A model generated the notes under the pieces. That model worked only from the letters and a program-made list of their open reading frames with translations, was not told the DNA's origin and ran no database searches. A stretch of 59,519 nt of DNA, taken from Polyangia bacterium (GTDB taxonomy: Bacteria > Myxococcota_A > Polyangia > JAAYKL01). The stretch is from contig JBNKCR010000016.1 in NCBI GenBank assembly GCA_050287845.1, forward strand, positions 1 to 59,519, given 5' to 3'. Position 1 is the first letter of the stretch. Each line of letters begins with the position of its first letter. Of this stretch, positions 41,001 to 49,611 are shown piece after piece. The translations under genes and the position numbers were made by a program.

Positions 41001-41691
41001 GGCAGATGCGTATCGGCAAATGGGCCGTCTGGACAAAGCGGAAGCCAGGCTACAGGCCATGACCGTGGAAACACCCTGGGTGGCCGAAGCTTTCGATATG
41101 CTTGGACTGATTGATGCGGACCGCAAAAACTATGAGCAGGCCCGGATATGGCACGGCAAAGCCCTGGCAATAGATCCGTACAACGCTACCGCCCACTACA
41201 ATATGGGGGTGGCCCTGGATCATCTCAACCGTTTGGACGAAGCCAGGAGCGCTTACGGGACGGCTCTGCTCATTGAGCCTTCGGATGCCGAAGCCGAAAA
41301 CAATCTGGGACTGCTCTACGGCCGCACCGGCATGTATGAGGATGCCATTCTCCATCACCTCCGGGCCCTGGATATTGAGCCCCATTTTCCCGAAGCGGCA
41401 TTCAACCTGGGGCTGGCCTATCGGGCCAAAGGAATGGGCATGCAGGCCGCCCAGGCATTCACTCTGGCCCTGACGCTCAATCCGGAACTGACAAAGGCCC
41501 GGGAGTTGCTCAAAGAAATGGGCATCGAAAACGCGCGGCTGGAAGTGGACGAATCGGAGGATACAGAAACACCCGAGGTGGAAACCATCGTGGAGCCTTC
41601 CCCTGCGGATAACGCAGCATCAGACTCAGACCGGGGCACCACGCATACCAGCGCGTCAGATACCCCTGCCTCCACCGATTCAGAAAACTGA
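38068..41691 (+). CDS. Fused multi-TM/spermidine synthase-like SAM-fold protein with C-terminal TPRs
   Basis: SGAAGLAYEVVW, LYGANTLG membrane domain; CFGAGVSAG, EDGRQFL, IDSTHP, QWLPLH; TPR array; start uncertain (GTG 38068). Confidence 0.88.
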   Translation: MTGIRKRKQSADTETQPHSPSTRDTYKKVALLFAMLATLLSGAAGLAYEVVWSRMLVIPLGNSADATTLVLCAFMLGMALGSKIIGSLSDRMISPLRIYVTVETLLGLYAIGIPFVMPALESSQLFAGNFDSAPVTVLFRFAMATVLVAIPAMFMGAAVPVLLRALSEKSDEIKNHVGLLYGANTLGGALGAALCGFLAIPALGLMSTSFVAAGVSITAALVVWLVHRFGKGRKISPAQSARTTYAGPSGRRVALVAAGIGGAVMLGAEVIYARFLTFVFGHDTYAFTSLLVLVLIGIAIGAGLQRLLARKSQSLLTGLSLLAMGVLMLASFGVASALVISLGRDPFAIGAWESLSTSLWTEFIRELAFTPFLVLIPAICAGLSLSASLAMYSRQAHHAGRDAGTALLTNGVAAAAGTLLTGAVLIPTIGIQRAFILLSLLAGAGGTVVLLITAGKQRKIVITAGTGAVLAVATAVVLPANLPRAMLQEAVGRRHQKIVHYDEGRIGTISVTVNKINHEKQLFVNAVNEVTTRLVHDQSFKLLGHLGPLIHPNPHKGMMICFGAGVSAGAAISHPLDSLDIVDLSDRVWNAAGHFQYYNNNVLKDRRVHRHVEDGRQFLLRSSEKYDVMMIDSTHPKAVDSWILYTSGFYRLVRAHLAEDGIAVQWLPLHGLSENEFKIIVRTFLDVFPEMTMWVNVGFETYGKAAYVKLVGTRHPLRIDFRELGRRIREPRIAGDLKKYGMDSPYEIIDSYLCDAGIARLWVKDLPIQTDDRPFVPYITEYSRGRRMDAASLIPLQSSVMPLLYHMGDEEENIRQFVKTAQTANGFLMAGMLQRALETRPDGRKIRWSSDRFSRAEDYYRKLAALYGDDADRLFEAANYLGNLGFSKTAVPLYKQAIAMVSTADKKINLALALMDTGEMEEAHNEMVDALRESPDSALANYNYGVLQLQMKNAGEAVMYLEKAISIDDSLIGARLSLADAYRQMGRLDKAEARLQAMTVETPWVAEAFDMLGLIDADRKNYEQARIWHGKALAIDPYNATAHYNMGVALDHLNRLDEARSAYGTALLIEPSDAEAENNLGLLYGRTGMYEDAILHHLRALDIEPHFPEAAFNLGLAYRAKGMGMQAAQAFTLALTLNPELTKARELLKEMGIENARLEVDESEDTETPEVETIVEPSPADNAASDSDRGTTHTSASDTPASTDSEN

Positions 41692-41712
41692 GCCGATTTT
41701 CCCTGCCACACC

Positions 41713-42312
41713 ATGAATACAGAACAGAACATCATGGAAACTCTGCAGCGGCGATATGTCCGCATCGAAAAGACGATACAGCAGCTCTGGCCATCCGCGT
41801 TTACCCAAAGATGCGCGGCCTGCGCCGCCATCTGTTGCCGCCCCCACATGGCCGAAGAAGTGCTGAACAGTCCGTGGCTCCAATCCATTGCCGCCAGAGG
41901 AAACTGCGACTACTGGCCCCTTGCCGGTACCCATCCCCTGTGCCGCGCCCTCACGCCGTCCGGCTGTTGTCTCAAAGAAGGCAAGCCCCCGTTCTGTTAC
42001 GGATTTTACTGCGATGCCCTGCTCGAAAATATTCCTGCGGCCACTCTGATTTCCTATCTGTATCTGTCCAACATTCTTTCCGCGCTCTGCGGGTTGGATA
42101 AACAGCACAATCTATTGGAATTGTCCCAGGAGGAGATAAAGGAATTCGTCGGTCAGATTGACCGGAATCTGACGATGGCCGAGACACAACTGGGGCGGTA
42201 CCGATTTTTTCAGGATTCGGACGATTCAGAAAAGCCAGTTCTGGCACTGCGAATGGTTGCCGAAATGCCCCGTTTACTTTCCCGTTCAGTGTGTCGAAGA
42301 ATACTTGAATAA
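41713..42312 (+). CDS. Cys-cluster protein (YkgJ/CxxCxxCC-like, putative Fe-S/Zn)
   Basis: CAACAAICC, CRALTPSGCCL, PPFCYGFYC. Confidence 0.65.
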   Translation: MNTEQNIMETLQRRYVRIEKTIQQLWPSAFTQRCAACAAICCRPHMAEEVLNSPWLQSIAARGNCDYWPLAGTHPLCRALTPSGCCLKEGKPPFCYGFYCDALLENIPAATLISYLYLSNILSALCGLDKQHNLLELSQEEIKEFVGQIDRNLTMAETQLGRYRFFQDSDDSEKPVLALRMVAEMPRLLSRSVCRRILE

Positions 42313-42331
42313 ACAGAGTGAGCCGGCGGTG

Positions 42332-44041
42332 TCACATGGCGTCCGGCGCCGGCACCCCCAGAAGGGCCAGCCCGCGTTCCAGCGCGATGCGGGTGGCATC
42401 CACCAGGGCCAGTCGCGCGGTGCGAATGTTTTCGTCCTCCACCAGAATCCGCAGAGACTTGTCGTTATTTCCGGACTGCTGGTAGCGGTTCCACGCACGG
42501 GCAGCTTCGTACAGGGCTCTGGCCAGCCTGGATGGCTCCAGTTCCAACGCGGCAGCTTCCACTGCCTTTGGAATTCGTCCGATTTCCTTCACAAGGGTGG
42601 CCTCCTCCGCTGCGGTCAGCAACGACAGGTCGGCGGTGCCGATATCCGGCGCTCCCCCACCTTTGCGCAGAATGGAACAGCAGCGGGCGTGAGCATACTG
42701 GACACAGATTCCCGTGAATCCCTTGGTGTTGAGAATTTCATCCCAATCAAAGTTGTAGTCACTGGCTCGCAGATTTTTCAGATCTCCAAAAACAATGCCG
42801 CCAATTCCCACTTCCTCAGAAACCGCCCGGATATCAATATTGCGGTCGGTGCTGTCCTCGGACATTTTTTCGATGGCCCGTTCCCGGGCTTCATTGAGCA
42901 CATCCTCTAAAAACACCACCGTCCCTTTTCTCGTGCTCATACCATGCACCCGGCCAAAGTTCACATGAACCATTTTTTCCTGCCAGTCGCATCCCATGGC
43001 GGCCAGCGCCCGTTTCAACTGTTCAAAATGTCGTTTCTGCTCTGTGCCCACCACATACAGAGACCTGGAAAACCCGAAGCGCTCGTATCGATCCCTGGCT
43101 GCGGCGATGTCGCGGGTGGCATACAGCGTGGCGCCATCACTTTTGCGCAGCATCATGGGCGGTTCATCGTCCGCATAGGACATATCCACCACCAGGGCGC
43201 CCTGATCCTCCCGGGTGCCGGCGGTCCGGTGCACCTCCGCAATGACCTCATCCATTCCATCCCGATAATGGCTTTCGCCTTCAAAATAATCGAATTCCAC
43301 GTCCAGTCGTCTATATATGCGTTTAAACTCCTTCAAACTGATATTGCGGAACAGTTGCCATAGCGCCATCGCATGTTCGTCGCCCTGTTCCTGACGAACA
43401 AACATCTCCCGGGCCGCATCGTCAAATCCCGGGTCACTCTCCTTGAGCTTGTTCGCTTCCACGTACAGTTCCAGTAAATAAGCGATTCCTTCCCGGTTCA
43501 GCCGTTCCCGATCACCGACCCGGTCAAAAGCCTCTGCCAGCAGGCCAAAGGTTTTACCCCAGTCGCCCAGAAAGTTAATTCGCTTGACCGTGTATCCCAT
43601 CGCCCGGTGAATCAGGCCGAGGGCGTTGCCGATCATGGTGGAACGCAGATGATGAAATCCCAATGGTTTTGCAATATTGGGAGATGAAAAATCAATGACA
43701 ACAGTTTGGCCATATCCAATATCCGATGTAGCGAAGTGTTCGTCCGCATTCCGGATTTTGGGAATCAGCGTGGCAATGACATGGGCGCCGCTGATGGTGG
43801 CATTAACGTATGGTCCCTCTGCTACCACCTTTTCAAACATGAGATTATCAGCAAAACGGCTGGCAATATCCACCGCGATCTGGGCAGGATTCTGTTTCAG
43901 CTGTTTGGCAAATGGAAAACAGGGCAGGGCGAAATCGCCGCGTTCCGCCTCGGGGGTCTTTATCAGCTTTGCCACTTCCGCAGCGTCCACGTTAATCCCC
44001 CTGGAGACTTCCTCGATAAATACATTTTTATATCGGTTCAT
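42332..44041 (-). CDS. argS: Arginine--tRNA ligase
   Basis: GDFALPCF, DFSSPNIAKP, NFLGDWG, KSDGATLYATRD, GMSTRKG, QYAHARCCSI, terminal M; start ATG 44041. Confidence 0.97.
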   Translation of the reverse strand: MNRYKNVFIEEVSRGINVDAAEVAKLIKTPEAERGDFALPCFPFAKQLKQNPAQIAVDIASRFADNLMFEKVVAEGPYVNATISGAHVIATLIPKIRNADEHFATSDIGYGQTVVIDFSSPNIAKPLGFHHLRSTMIGNALGLIHRAMGYTVKRINFLGDWGKTFGLLAEAFDRVGDRERLNREGIAYLLELYVEANKLKESDPGFDDAAREMFVRQEQGDEHAMALWQLFRNISLKEFKRIYRRLDVEFDYFEGESHYRDGMDEVIAEVHRTAGTREDQGALVVDMSYADDEPPMMLRKSDGATLYATRDIAAARDRYERFGFSRSLYVVGTEQKRHFEQLKRALAAMGCDWQEKMVHVNFGRVHGMSTRKGTVVFLEDVLNEARERAIEKMSEDSTDRNIDIRAVSEEVGIGGIVFGDLKNLRASDYNFDWDEILNTKGFTGICVQYAHARCCSILRKGGGAPDIGTADLSLLTAAEEATLVKEIGRIPKAVEAAALELEPSRLARALYEAARAWNRYQQSGNNDKSLRILVEDENIRTARLALVDATRIALERGLALLGVPAPDAM

Positions 44042-44241
44042 AATATTCCAACCTTGCACACAATTCAGAACCTGGACGGTGAAACCGTCCCGCTTATACA
44101 GCATAACGGACAGCGGTTGACAAGTCCCAACTGCCAAAAAAGTGGGCAATATTCAGTTTTTACGCGGATTCTCCAACGGATTTCCGCCGTGGTTTCCATC
44201 CCGGCAAACAAATTCTGCACGCCAGTAACCGGATGAGTGTA

Positions 44242-44265
44242 TATAATCATAAATTTATGATTATA
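44242..44265. promoter_or_regulatory. Perfect 24-bp palindrome TATAATCATAAATTTATGATTATA (candidate operator)
   Basis: 12-bp arms, no spacer, in divergent argS/rhodanese intergenic region. Confidence 0.6.
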
Positions 44266-44372
44266 GGTTTTTTAGTACCGCAATACATTTTCTGGCTGCG
44301 GTTCTTTCCCGGTGTCGTTATATTTGGTAAATTATAGCGACCTCGTCGCCGTGCCGGAAAGGAAGAACTCCC

Positions 44373-45098
44373 ATGAAGAAAATTGGTCTGCTCCTTATAA
44401 CTCTATTAATATGGATGTGTATGGGATGTGGAGAAACCGGGGACAGTGACGGCGGTGCCGACACAGATACTGATTCCGACACTGATTCCAAGTCCGAGTC
44501 CGACACCGATTTCGAGTCCGAGTCCGACACCGATTTCGGCTCCGAGTCCGACACTGATACTGATACTGATATTGATACTGATACTGACACTGACACTGAT
44601 TCCGATTCCGATTCCGATACTGACGCTGATACTGATTCCGATTCCGATACTGATGCTGATACTGATTCCGATTCCGATTCCGATTCCGATTCCGACACTG
44701 TTTCTGATTCCGACACGTGCCTGAGCAAATCGTGTTCCACGTTGGACGATACGGATTCGGGCATTGCGTCGACTGATTCCCTGCCGGAAGATACGGACAG
44801 CGGCGATGTCACCACGGACAGCGACTCCGCAACGGATTCAGCCGCACCTCTTTATGTGGATGTCCGCACTGTGAGCGAGTATGAAGCGGAACACTATCCC
44901 GGGGCCATCAATATTCCCCTGGACGAGTTGCCCGACCGACTTTCGGAATTGTATCCTGAAGATCAGGCGATTGTGGTGTACTGCCAATCCGGCAACCGCG
45001 CTCAGTCGGCGTTGAGTATCCTGGAGTCTGAAGGATTCACCAACGTCACCAACGGCGGGGGCATTGCCGACGTGCTGGCGGAACTGCAGAACGGCTGA
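44373..45098 (+). CDS. Lipoprotein with Asp-Thr/Asp-Ser repeat stalk and C-terminal rhodanese domain
   Basis: CMGC lipobox; (DT/DS)n; YVDVRT..EY..HYPGAINIP, VVYCQSGNRA. Confidence 0.9.
   Translation: MKKIGLLLITLLIWMCMGCGETGDSDGGADTDTDSDTDSKSESDTDFESESDTDFGSESDTDTDTDIDTDTDTDTDSDSDSDTDADTDSDSDTDADTDSDSDSDSDSDTVSDSDTCLSKSCSTLDDTDSGIASTDSLPEDTDSGDVTTDSDSATDSAAPLYVDVRTVSEYEAEHYPGAINIPLDELPDRLSELYPEDQAIVVYCQSGNRAQSALSILESEGFTNVTNGGGIADVLAELQNG
44460..44717 (+). repeat. Coding hexamer tandem repeat (GATACT/GATTCC/GACACT) with 24- and 30-bp higher-order units
   Basis: Direct reading of sequence; encodes DT/DS tract. Confidence 0.9.
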
Positions 45099-45233
45099 TC
45101 CCACTCACACTTTCCATGGAAACCAGACTGATACGAAGGTTTCCAATCCTGGATTTTTGCGGTAAATTCAATTTGCGGTAAATATAAAATGATGGAGTGA
45201 TCTTCTCACCCACTGCAAAAGGGGCTTTGCCGC

Positions 45234-45608
45234 ATGTACAGATTATTCGCATTTCTCATCTCTGCAGCCGTGGGGGGGCTGGCCGGGTGGCAGGTATATA
45301 TCAATCTCGATACCATTATCAAAAAATGGCTGACCACCCTTGGATTCACTGCCGGTACGTTTCTTACCGTAACCCTGTTACTGTATCTGCCACTGATGCG
45401 CCACCTTGCCGATTTGGTGGAAGAACAGCTATCCACATTGAACGCCCGGTTTACCTCCCGAAAAACCGGTGTTGGCATCGAGGAAATTCCGCAGCAGAAT
45501 TACTCCCGAAGAAAAACCACGGCATCCAACCAGGCCATCTGTTCCATCTGCGGAGGTCCGGGAGGTCCGGTGTGTGATAAATGTACCACTCGTATGAGTC
45601 GCGTGTGA
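45234..45608 (+). CDS. Small membrane protein with C-terminal CxxC-x6-CxxC
   Basis: Two hydrophobic segments; CSICGGPGGPVCDKC. Confidence 0.7.
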   Translation: MYRLFAFLISAAVGGLAGWQVYINLDTIIKKWLTTLGFTAGTFLTVTLLLYLPLMRHLADLVEEQLSTLNARFTSRKTGVGIEEIPQQNYSRRKTTASNQAICSICGGPGGPVCDKCTTRMSRV

Positions 45609-45653
45609 ATTCGCCTTCCACTGAAGAAATCAATACAGATAAAGGAGTCCGCT

Positions 45654-46532
45654 TCAGAAGAGCAGTTTCAGCAGACTGCTGAATGGGATATTCGCAGTGG
45701 AACCGGGGCTTGTGGTTGCACAGGTGGTATGCACCTCACCAGAGACCTCTCCTTTGGCGTGACAACCGCTTGCATCGCACCAGGCATCACCGTCGTAGGA
45801 GTAGCTGCCTGCAAAGTGTGATTTCACCCAGTCAACGGCTGCCTGGAATTTGCTCTGATCGATGAAGTTGCCGTTACATTCCAGGTATCCTTCCGCGTCG
45901 CAATATGCCGTGCATTTACCGGAGAATTCGGATTCGCAGTTCAGATAGGCATCGGACTGGCATTCAATCTGACAATCAATTTCGGCCTGCCCCTGGCAGC
46001 TTCCCTGGCACGAGGCTTCACAGTGTCCGTCGCAATCCAGCTCTGGCAGGTCGCCTTCGCAACTGGCACTGCATTGGCCCTCGCAGCTGGCATCACAGTT
46101 TCCTTCACAGGTGGCTTTGCAGCCAGCTTCACATTGCACCCTGTTGGCACTGCCAATGCAATCGGATTGACAGCTGGCACTGCACTGGCCCTCGCAGGAC
46201 GCCTGGCAATCTCCTTCGCAATATCCCTGACAATCAAACGACCCCGGATTCAGATTGCATCCGTCGGTGGTGCAACCCGCTTCGCAGCTCCCCTGACAAT
46301 CCACGTTCACCTGAACCCCCTGACATTGCTCAATACCACAGCTCGCTATAACGCTGGTATCACACTCCGCATAATACGTGAGGTTCGCGCAACTGGCTTC
46401 ACATTGAGCGTCCGCATGCCAGGTGCATTCCGCTGAAAGTTCAATTTCGGTTTCCGTGGTTGCCGCCTGGGCCACGGCGCCCAACAGCAGATAGAAACCC
46501 ACTACGGTCATCATCAGGTATTTCTTCATCAT
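45654..46532 (-). CDS. Secreted extremely Cys-rich repeat protein
   Basis: AGGAGA RBS, signal peptide, repeated CxGxCxAxC (Cys every 4th residue). Confidence 0.85.
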   Translation of the reverse strand: MMKKYLMMTVVGFYLLLGAVAQAATTETEIELSAECTWHADAQCEASCANLTYYAECDTSVIASCGIEQCQGVQVNVDCQGSCEAGCTTDGCNLNPGSFDCQGYCEGDCQASCEGQCSASCQSDCIGSANRVQCEAGCKATCEGNCDASCEGQCSASCEGDLPELDCDGHCEASCQGSCQGQAEIDCQIECQSDAYLNCESEFSGKCTAYCDAEGYLECNGNFIDQSKFQAAVDWVKSHFAGSYSYDGDAWCDASGCHAKGEVSGEVHTTCATTSPGSTANIPFSSLLKLLF

Positions 46533-46732
46533 CCGTCTCCTTGCAATCGCGTCTTGCCTCGTACAGTTCATACCATTAATTTACCATGAACTCCTGAAGA
46601 TTATTCATCATGCCCCTCAATTGTAACTGTACAATCCCGGTCACACAGGGGCATCAGGATAAAGGTGGACGCGGATGTCATCGGTTCATCCGCCAGTCCA
46701 ACACGGGTTCGCAGGTACAATGGTGAACAGTT

Positions 46733-47584
46733 TCAGGAGAATGGAATATCTTCAGACTCCTTGACCCCGGATGGTATCCCGTGATCGATTTTAATTACCG
46801 CTCCCCCCGACAATTCGGTACTGAGCGGATACACGATCACATCCCGATACTCTGATTTCTCCTGCCTGACGTGTTCGGCGCGCCCTCGAAACAGTCGCTG
46901 TTCTCTTATGGCACCTTTGATGCTCTCGATATGTCTGGAAAACCAGGGCAAAGCCTCTTCCAGTTTTTTTCCGATGACCTCATCAGCGCAGATCCCGGTC
47001 TTTTTTTCCGCCTGGCGATTCCACTTTGTAATGAGGCATTCCGAATCGATACTGATCAGAACAGAGGGAATCGCATTGACTATATTTTCTATGACAACGG
47101 TTTCAAGCTGTTCCCGAAGCTGCTGTAGCTCCAGGGTCCGTTGTGTCACCAATTCCTCCAGATGATGTTTATACCGATGCATCTGAATCTGGTTGGACAC
47201 CCTTGCAATGAGTTCCACACGACGAACCGGTTTCGCAATGTAATCCACGGCACCCACATCAAACGCTTTTGACATGGTTTTGGTGTCTGTCAGACCAGTG
47301 AGAAATATCACGGGAATATCCCGTATTTCCTCTTTTTTCTTGAGTTCCACACACATTTCAAACCCATCCATCTGAGGCATCTTCACGTCGAGAAGAATCA
47401 GATGGGGCTGAACCTTTTCAAGTATATCAAGTCCCTCGCGGGCACTGGAAGCGATATGGGGCTCAAACCCCGCTTTCTTCAGATAGGCGTGAAAGATTTC
47501 GCAATTATGCAAATCATCATCAACAATCAGAATTTTTCCTTTTTCAGTTCCCCGGTTCAATGGCATCTCCCATTTTTCGTCCAT
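46733..47584 (-). CDS. Response regulator receiver + coiled coil + PAS (no output domain)
   Basis: ILIVDD, LLDVKMPQMDG, IFLT, DYIAKP; C-terminal PAS. Confidence 0.88.
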   Translation of the reverse strand: MDEKWEMPLNRGTEKGKILIVDDDLHNCEIFHAYLKKAGFEPHIASSAREGLDILEKVQPHLILLDVKMPQMDGFEMCVELKKKEEIRDIPVIFLTGLTDTKTMSKAFDVGAVDYIAKPVRRVELIARVSNQIQMHRYKHHLEELVTQRTLELQQLREQLETVVIENIVNAIPSVLISIDSECLITKWNRQAEKKTGICADEVIGKKLEEALPWFSRHIESIKGAIREQRLFRGRAEHVRQEKSEYRDVIVYPLSTELSGGAVIKIDHGIPSGVKESEDIPFS

Positions 47585-47818
47585 GATGTTGAAGCCGAAA
47601 AAAAAACAGCAAGCAGTTTGTCCACCTGAAAAATATAGATCACATTTCGGGGTTTACAAACCTGGTTAACGCTAAAATATGGAATTTTTTGTAAGTCTGT
47701 TGTTTTATCTGGATAATCCGGAACGTTCATCGGCAATTGGATACAGCATCAGTCTGATTTCGCAGTAATAGCGGAAAAACCTTCTGTTTTTGTTCTGATT
47801 GTGGTTACCATACTTTCC

Positions 47819-48277
47819 ATGTCCAGTGAATGTCATGAAACTGCAACGGTAACCAGTGTAATAAACGACAACCGGGTGCAGGTGGTGGTGCAGCGCTCTG
47901 AAGCCTGCGGCGCCTGCAGTGCCCGGGGCGCCTGCCAGGCCCTGGGAGGTCAGACGAAAGATTTCCTGCTTGAGCTCGACAATGCCGTGGGCGCGAAAGT
48001 GGGTGATGTGGTTCGGCTCACATTAAGTGAAGGCGCTATCATTCAGGCTTCGGCAATCCTGTATCTCATACCGGCCATCGGTCTTTTGGCCCTGGCCTTA
48101 ACCGGCAGCGCGCTGGCGCCTGCCATGGGCATGCAATCCGATCAGGGAGCAGTTATCGGCGCGCTGGTTGGCCTGGTGGTCGGTTTTGCCATCTCCTGGA
48201 TAACGGCCAGAAGTGTCGAAAAAAACAGAAAGACAATACCGGTTATCACCCAGGTGGTCTCCCGGCACTCGGATTGA
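47819..48277 (+). CDS. RseC/MucC family protein
   Basis: RSEACGACSARGAC, NAVGAKVGDVV, LYLIP, two TM. Confidence 0.88.
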   Translation: MSSECHETATVTSVINDNRVQVVVQRSEACGACSARGACQALGGQTKDFLLELDNAVGAKVGDVVRLTLSEGAIIQASAILYLIPAIGLLALALTGSALAPAMGMQSDQGAVIGALVGLVVGFAISWITARSVEKNRKTIPVITQVVSRHSD

Positions 48278-48308
48278 TACCCTTTTTTTGAATTGACGGA
48301 GGAAAACA

Positions 48309-48851
48309 ATGGACGTTTTCGAAGCAATCCAGAAACGATTCAGTGTCAGAAGTTATACGTCTGCGCCAGTGGAACCGGAAAAACTGCAGGCGGTGCTTGA
48401 CGCTGCCCGACAGGCGCCATCGGCCAACAATCGGCAGGAATGGCGATTCATCGTGGTGGAAGATCCCAAAACGAGAGAAAAGCTGGCCGTTGCGGCAAAA
48501 AACCAGTCCTTCGTGGCAACAGCGCCAGTGGTCATCGCCTGCCTTGCAGTCACCGATCACCACCGCATGAGTTGCGGACAGCTCTGTTATCCCATTGATG
48601 TCTCCATTGCCATCGACCACATCACCCTTGCGGCCACAGCACTCGGATTGGGAACCTGCTGGATTGGTGCATTCTTCACCGAAGAGGTTCGCAGGATTCT
48701 ATCCATTCCCGAAAATGTTGAAATTGTTGAGCTGCTTACTCTCGGGTATCCCACTGATGAGGCACCCAGGAAACAACGGCTCCCCCTTTCTGAACTCGTA
48801 TTTCGGGAAAAGTGGCCGGGCCAGAACAGCAAGGAATCATCAGATGAATGA
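48309..48851 (+). CDS. Nitroreductase family protein
   Basis: RFSVRSY, APSANNRQEWRF, LGLGTCWIG, LGYP; GGAGG RBS. Confidence 0.95.
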   Translation: MDVFEAIQKRFSVRSYTSAPVEPEKLQAVLDAARQAPSANNRQEWRFIVVEDPKTREKLAVAAKNQSFVATAPVVIACLAVTDHHRMSCGQLCYPIDVSIAIDHITLAATALGLGTCWIGAFFTEEVRRILSIPENVEIVELLTLGYPTDEAPRKQRLPLSELVFREKWPGQNSKESSDE

Positions 48852-49539
48852 AAATATCACCGGAAAATGGGCACTGGTCACTGGATCCAGTCGGGGAATC
48901 GGCAGACAGATTGCCCTTGGATTGGCCAGCCGTGGCGTGAATCTGATTGTCCATGGCCGAACCCTTGAACACCTTGAAACCACCCGGGCGCTGCTTGCAT
49001 CAACCGGGGTGCAGGTAAAATCGGTGGCTGGGAAAATGGACAGTCAGGCCGAGGTGCTGGAGATGGTCCGGCAAGTGAAAAACCGTTGCGACAGTGTGGA
49101 TATTCTGTACGCCAACCATGGGATTCAGAATGCGTGGAAGGACGTCTGGGAGATTACGCAGGAGGAATGGGCATCGGTGTTTCAGATTAATTTCTTCTCC
49201 ATCGTTACGCTGTGCAATGCCCTGATTCCCGAAATGATACAACGGGGGTATGGCCGGGTGATCCTGACCACCAGCGGGATTCCCGATATTCCCCAACTGA
49301 CGCCCTACGGCAGTTCAAAAGCGGCCATCGACAAATACACATTTGATTTGGCAGCGCAGCTCAAGGATAGCGGCGTTACTATTCATGCCATGGACCCCGG
49401 ATGGCTGCGAACGGATCTGGGCGGACCGGATGGCATGTTCCCGGTGGAAGCCGTTCTTCCCGGCGCGCTGGTGCCGGTGATTACCGATGTACTGGAGAGC
49501 GGTCGCGTATTCTCCGCACAGCACTATCGGGGTCTCTGA
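48844..49539 (+). CDS. SDR family oxidoreductase
   Basis: LVTGSSRGIG, YGSSKAA, DPGWLRTDLGG; ATG 48844 overlaps nitroreductase end. Confidence 0.93.
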   Translation: MNENITGKWALVTGSSRGIGRQIALGLASRGVNLIVHGRTLEHLETTRALLASTGVQVKSVAGKMDSQAEVLEMVRQVKNRCDSVDILYANHGIQNAWKDVWEITQEEWASVFQINFFSIVTLCNALIPEMIQRGYGRVILTTSGIPDIPQLTPYGSSKAAIDKYTFDLAAQLKDSGVTIHAMDPGWLRTDLGGPDGMFPVEAVLPGALVPVITDVLESGRVFSAQHYRGL

Positions 49540-49611
49540 TTCCAGCAGGGGCTGTGTTCCTTACTTCCACGGGAATTATAATATCACTGATGCAGCCAAA
49601 CACTGCGCCCG

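Noticed and set aside
44460..44717. Repeat tract as possible CRISPR array
   Set aside because: Hexamer-periodic coding repeat with no unique spacers and no cas genes.
48595..48843. N-terminal extension of SDR suggesting a fusion or frameshift with nitroreductase
   Set aside because: SDR motif begins right after ATG 48844 with an AAGGA RBS; ordinary 8-nt overlap.
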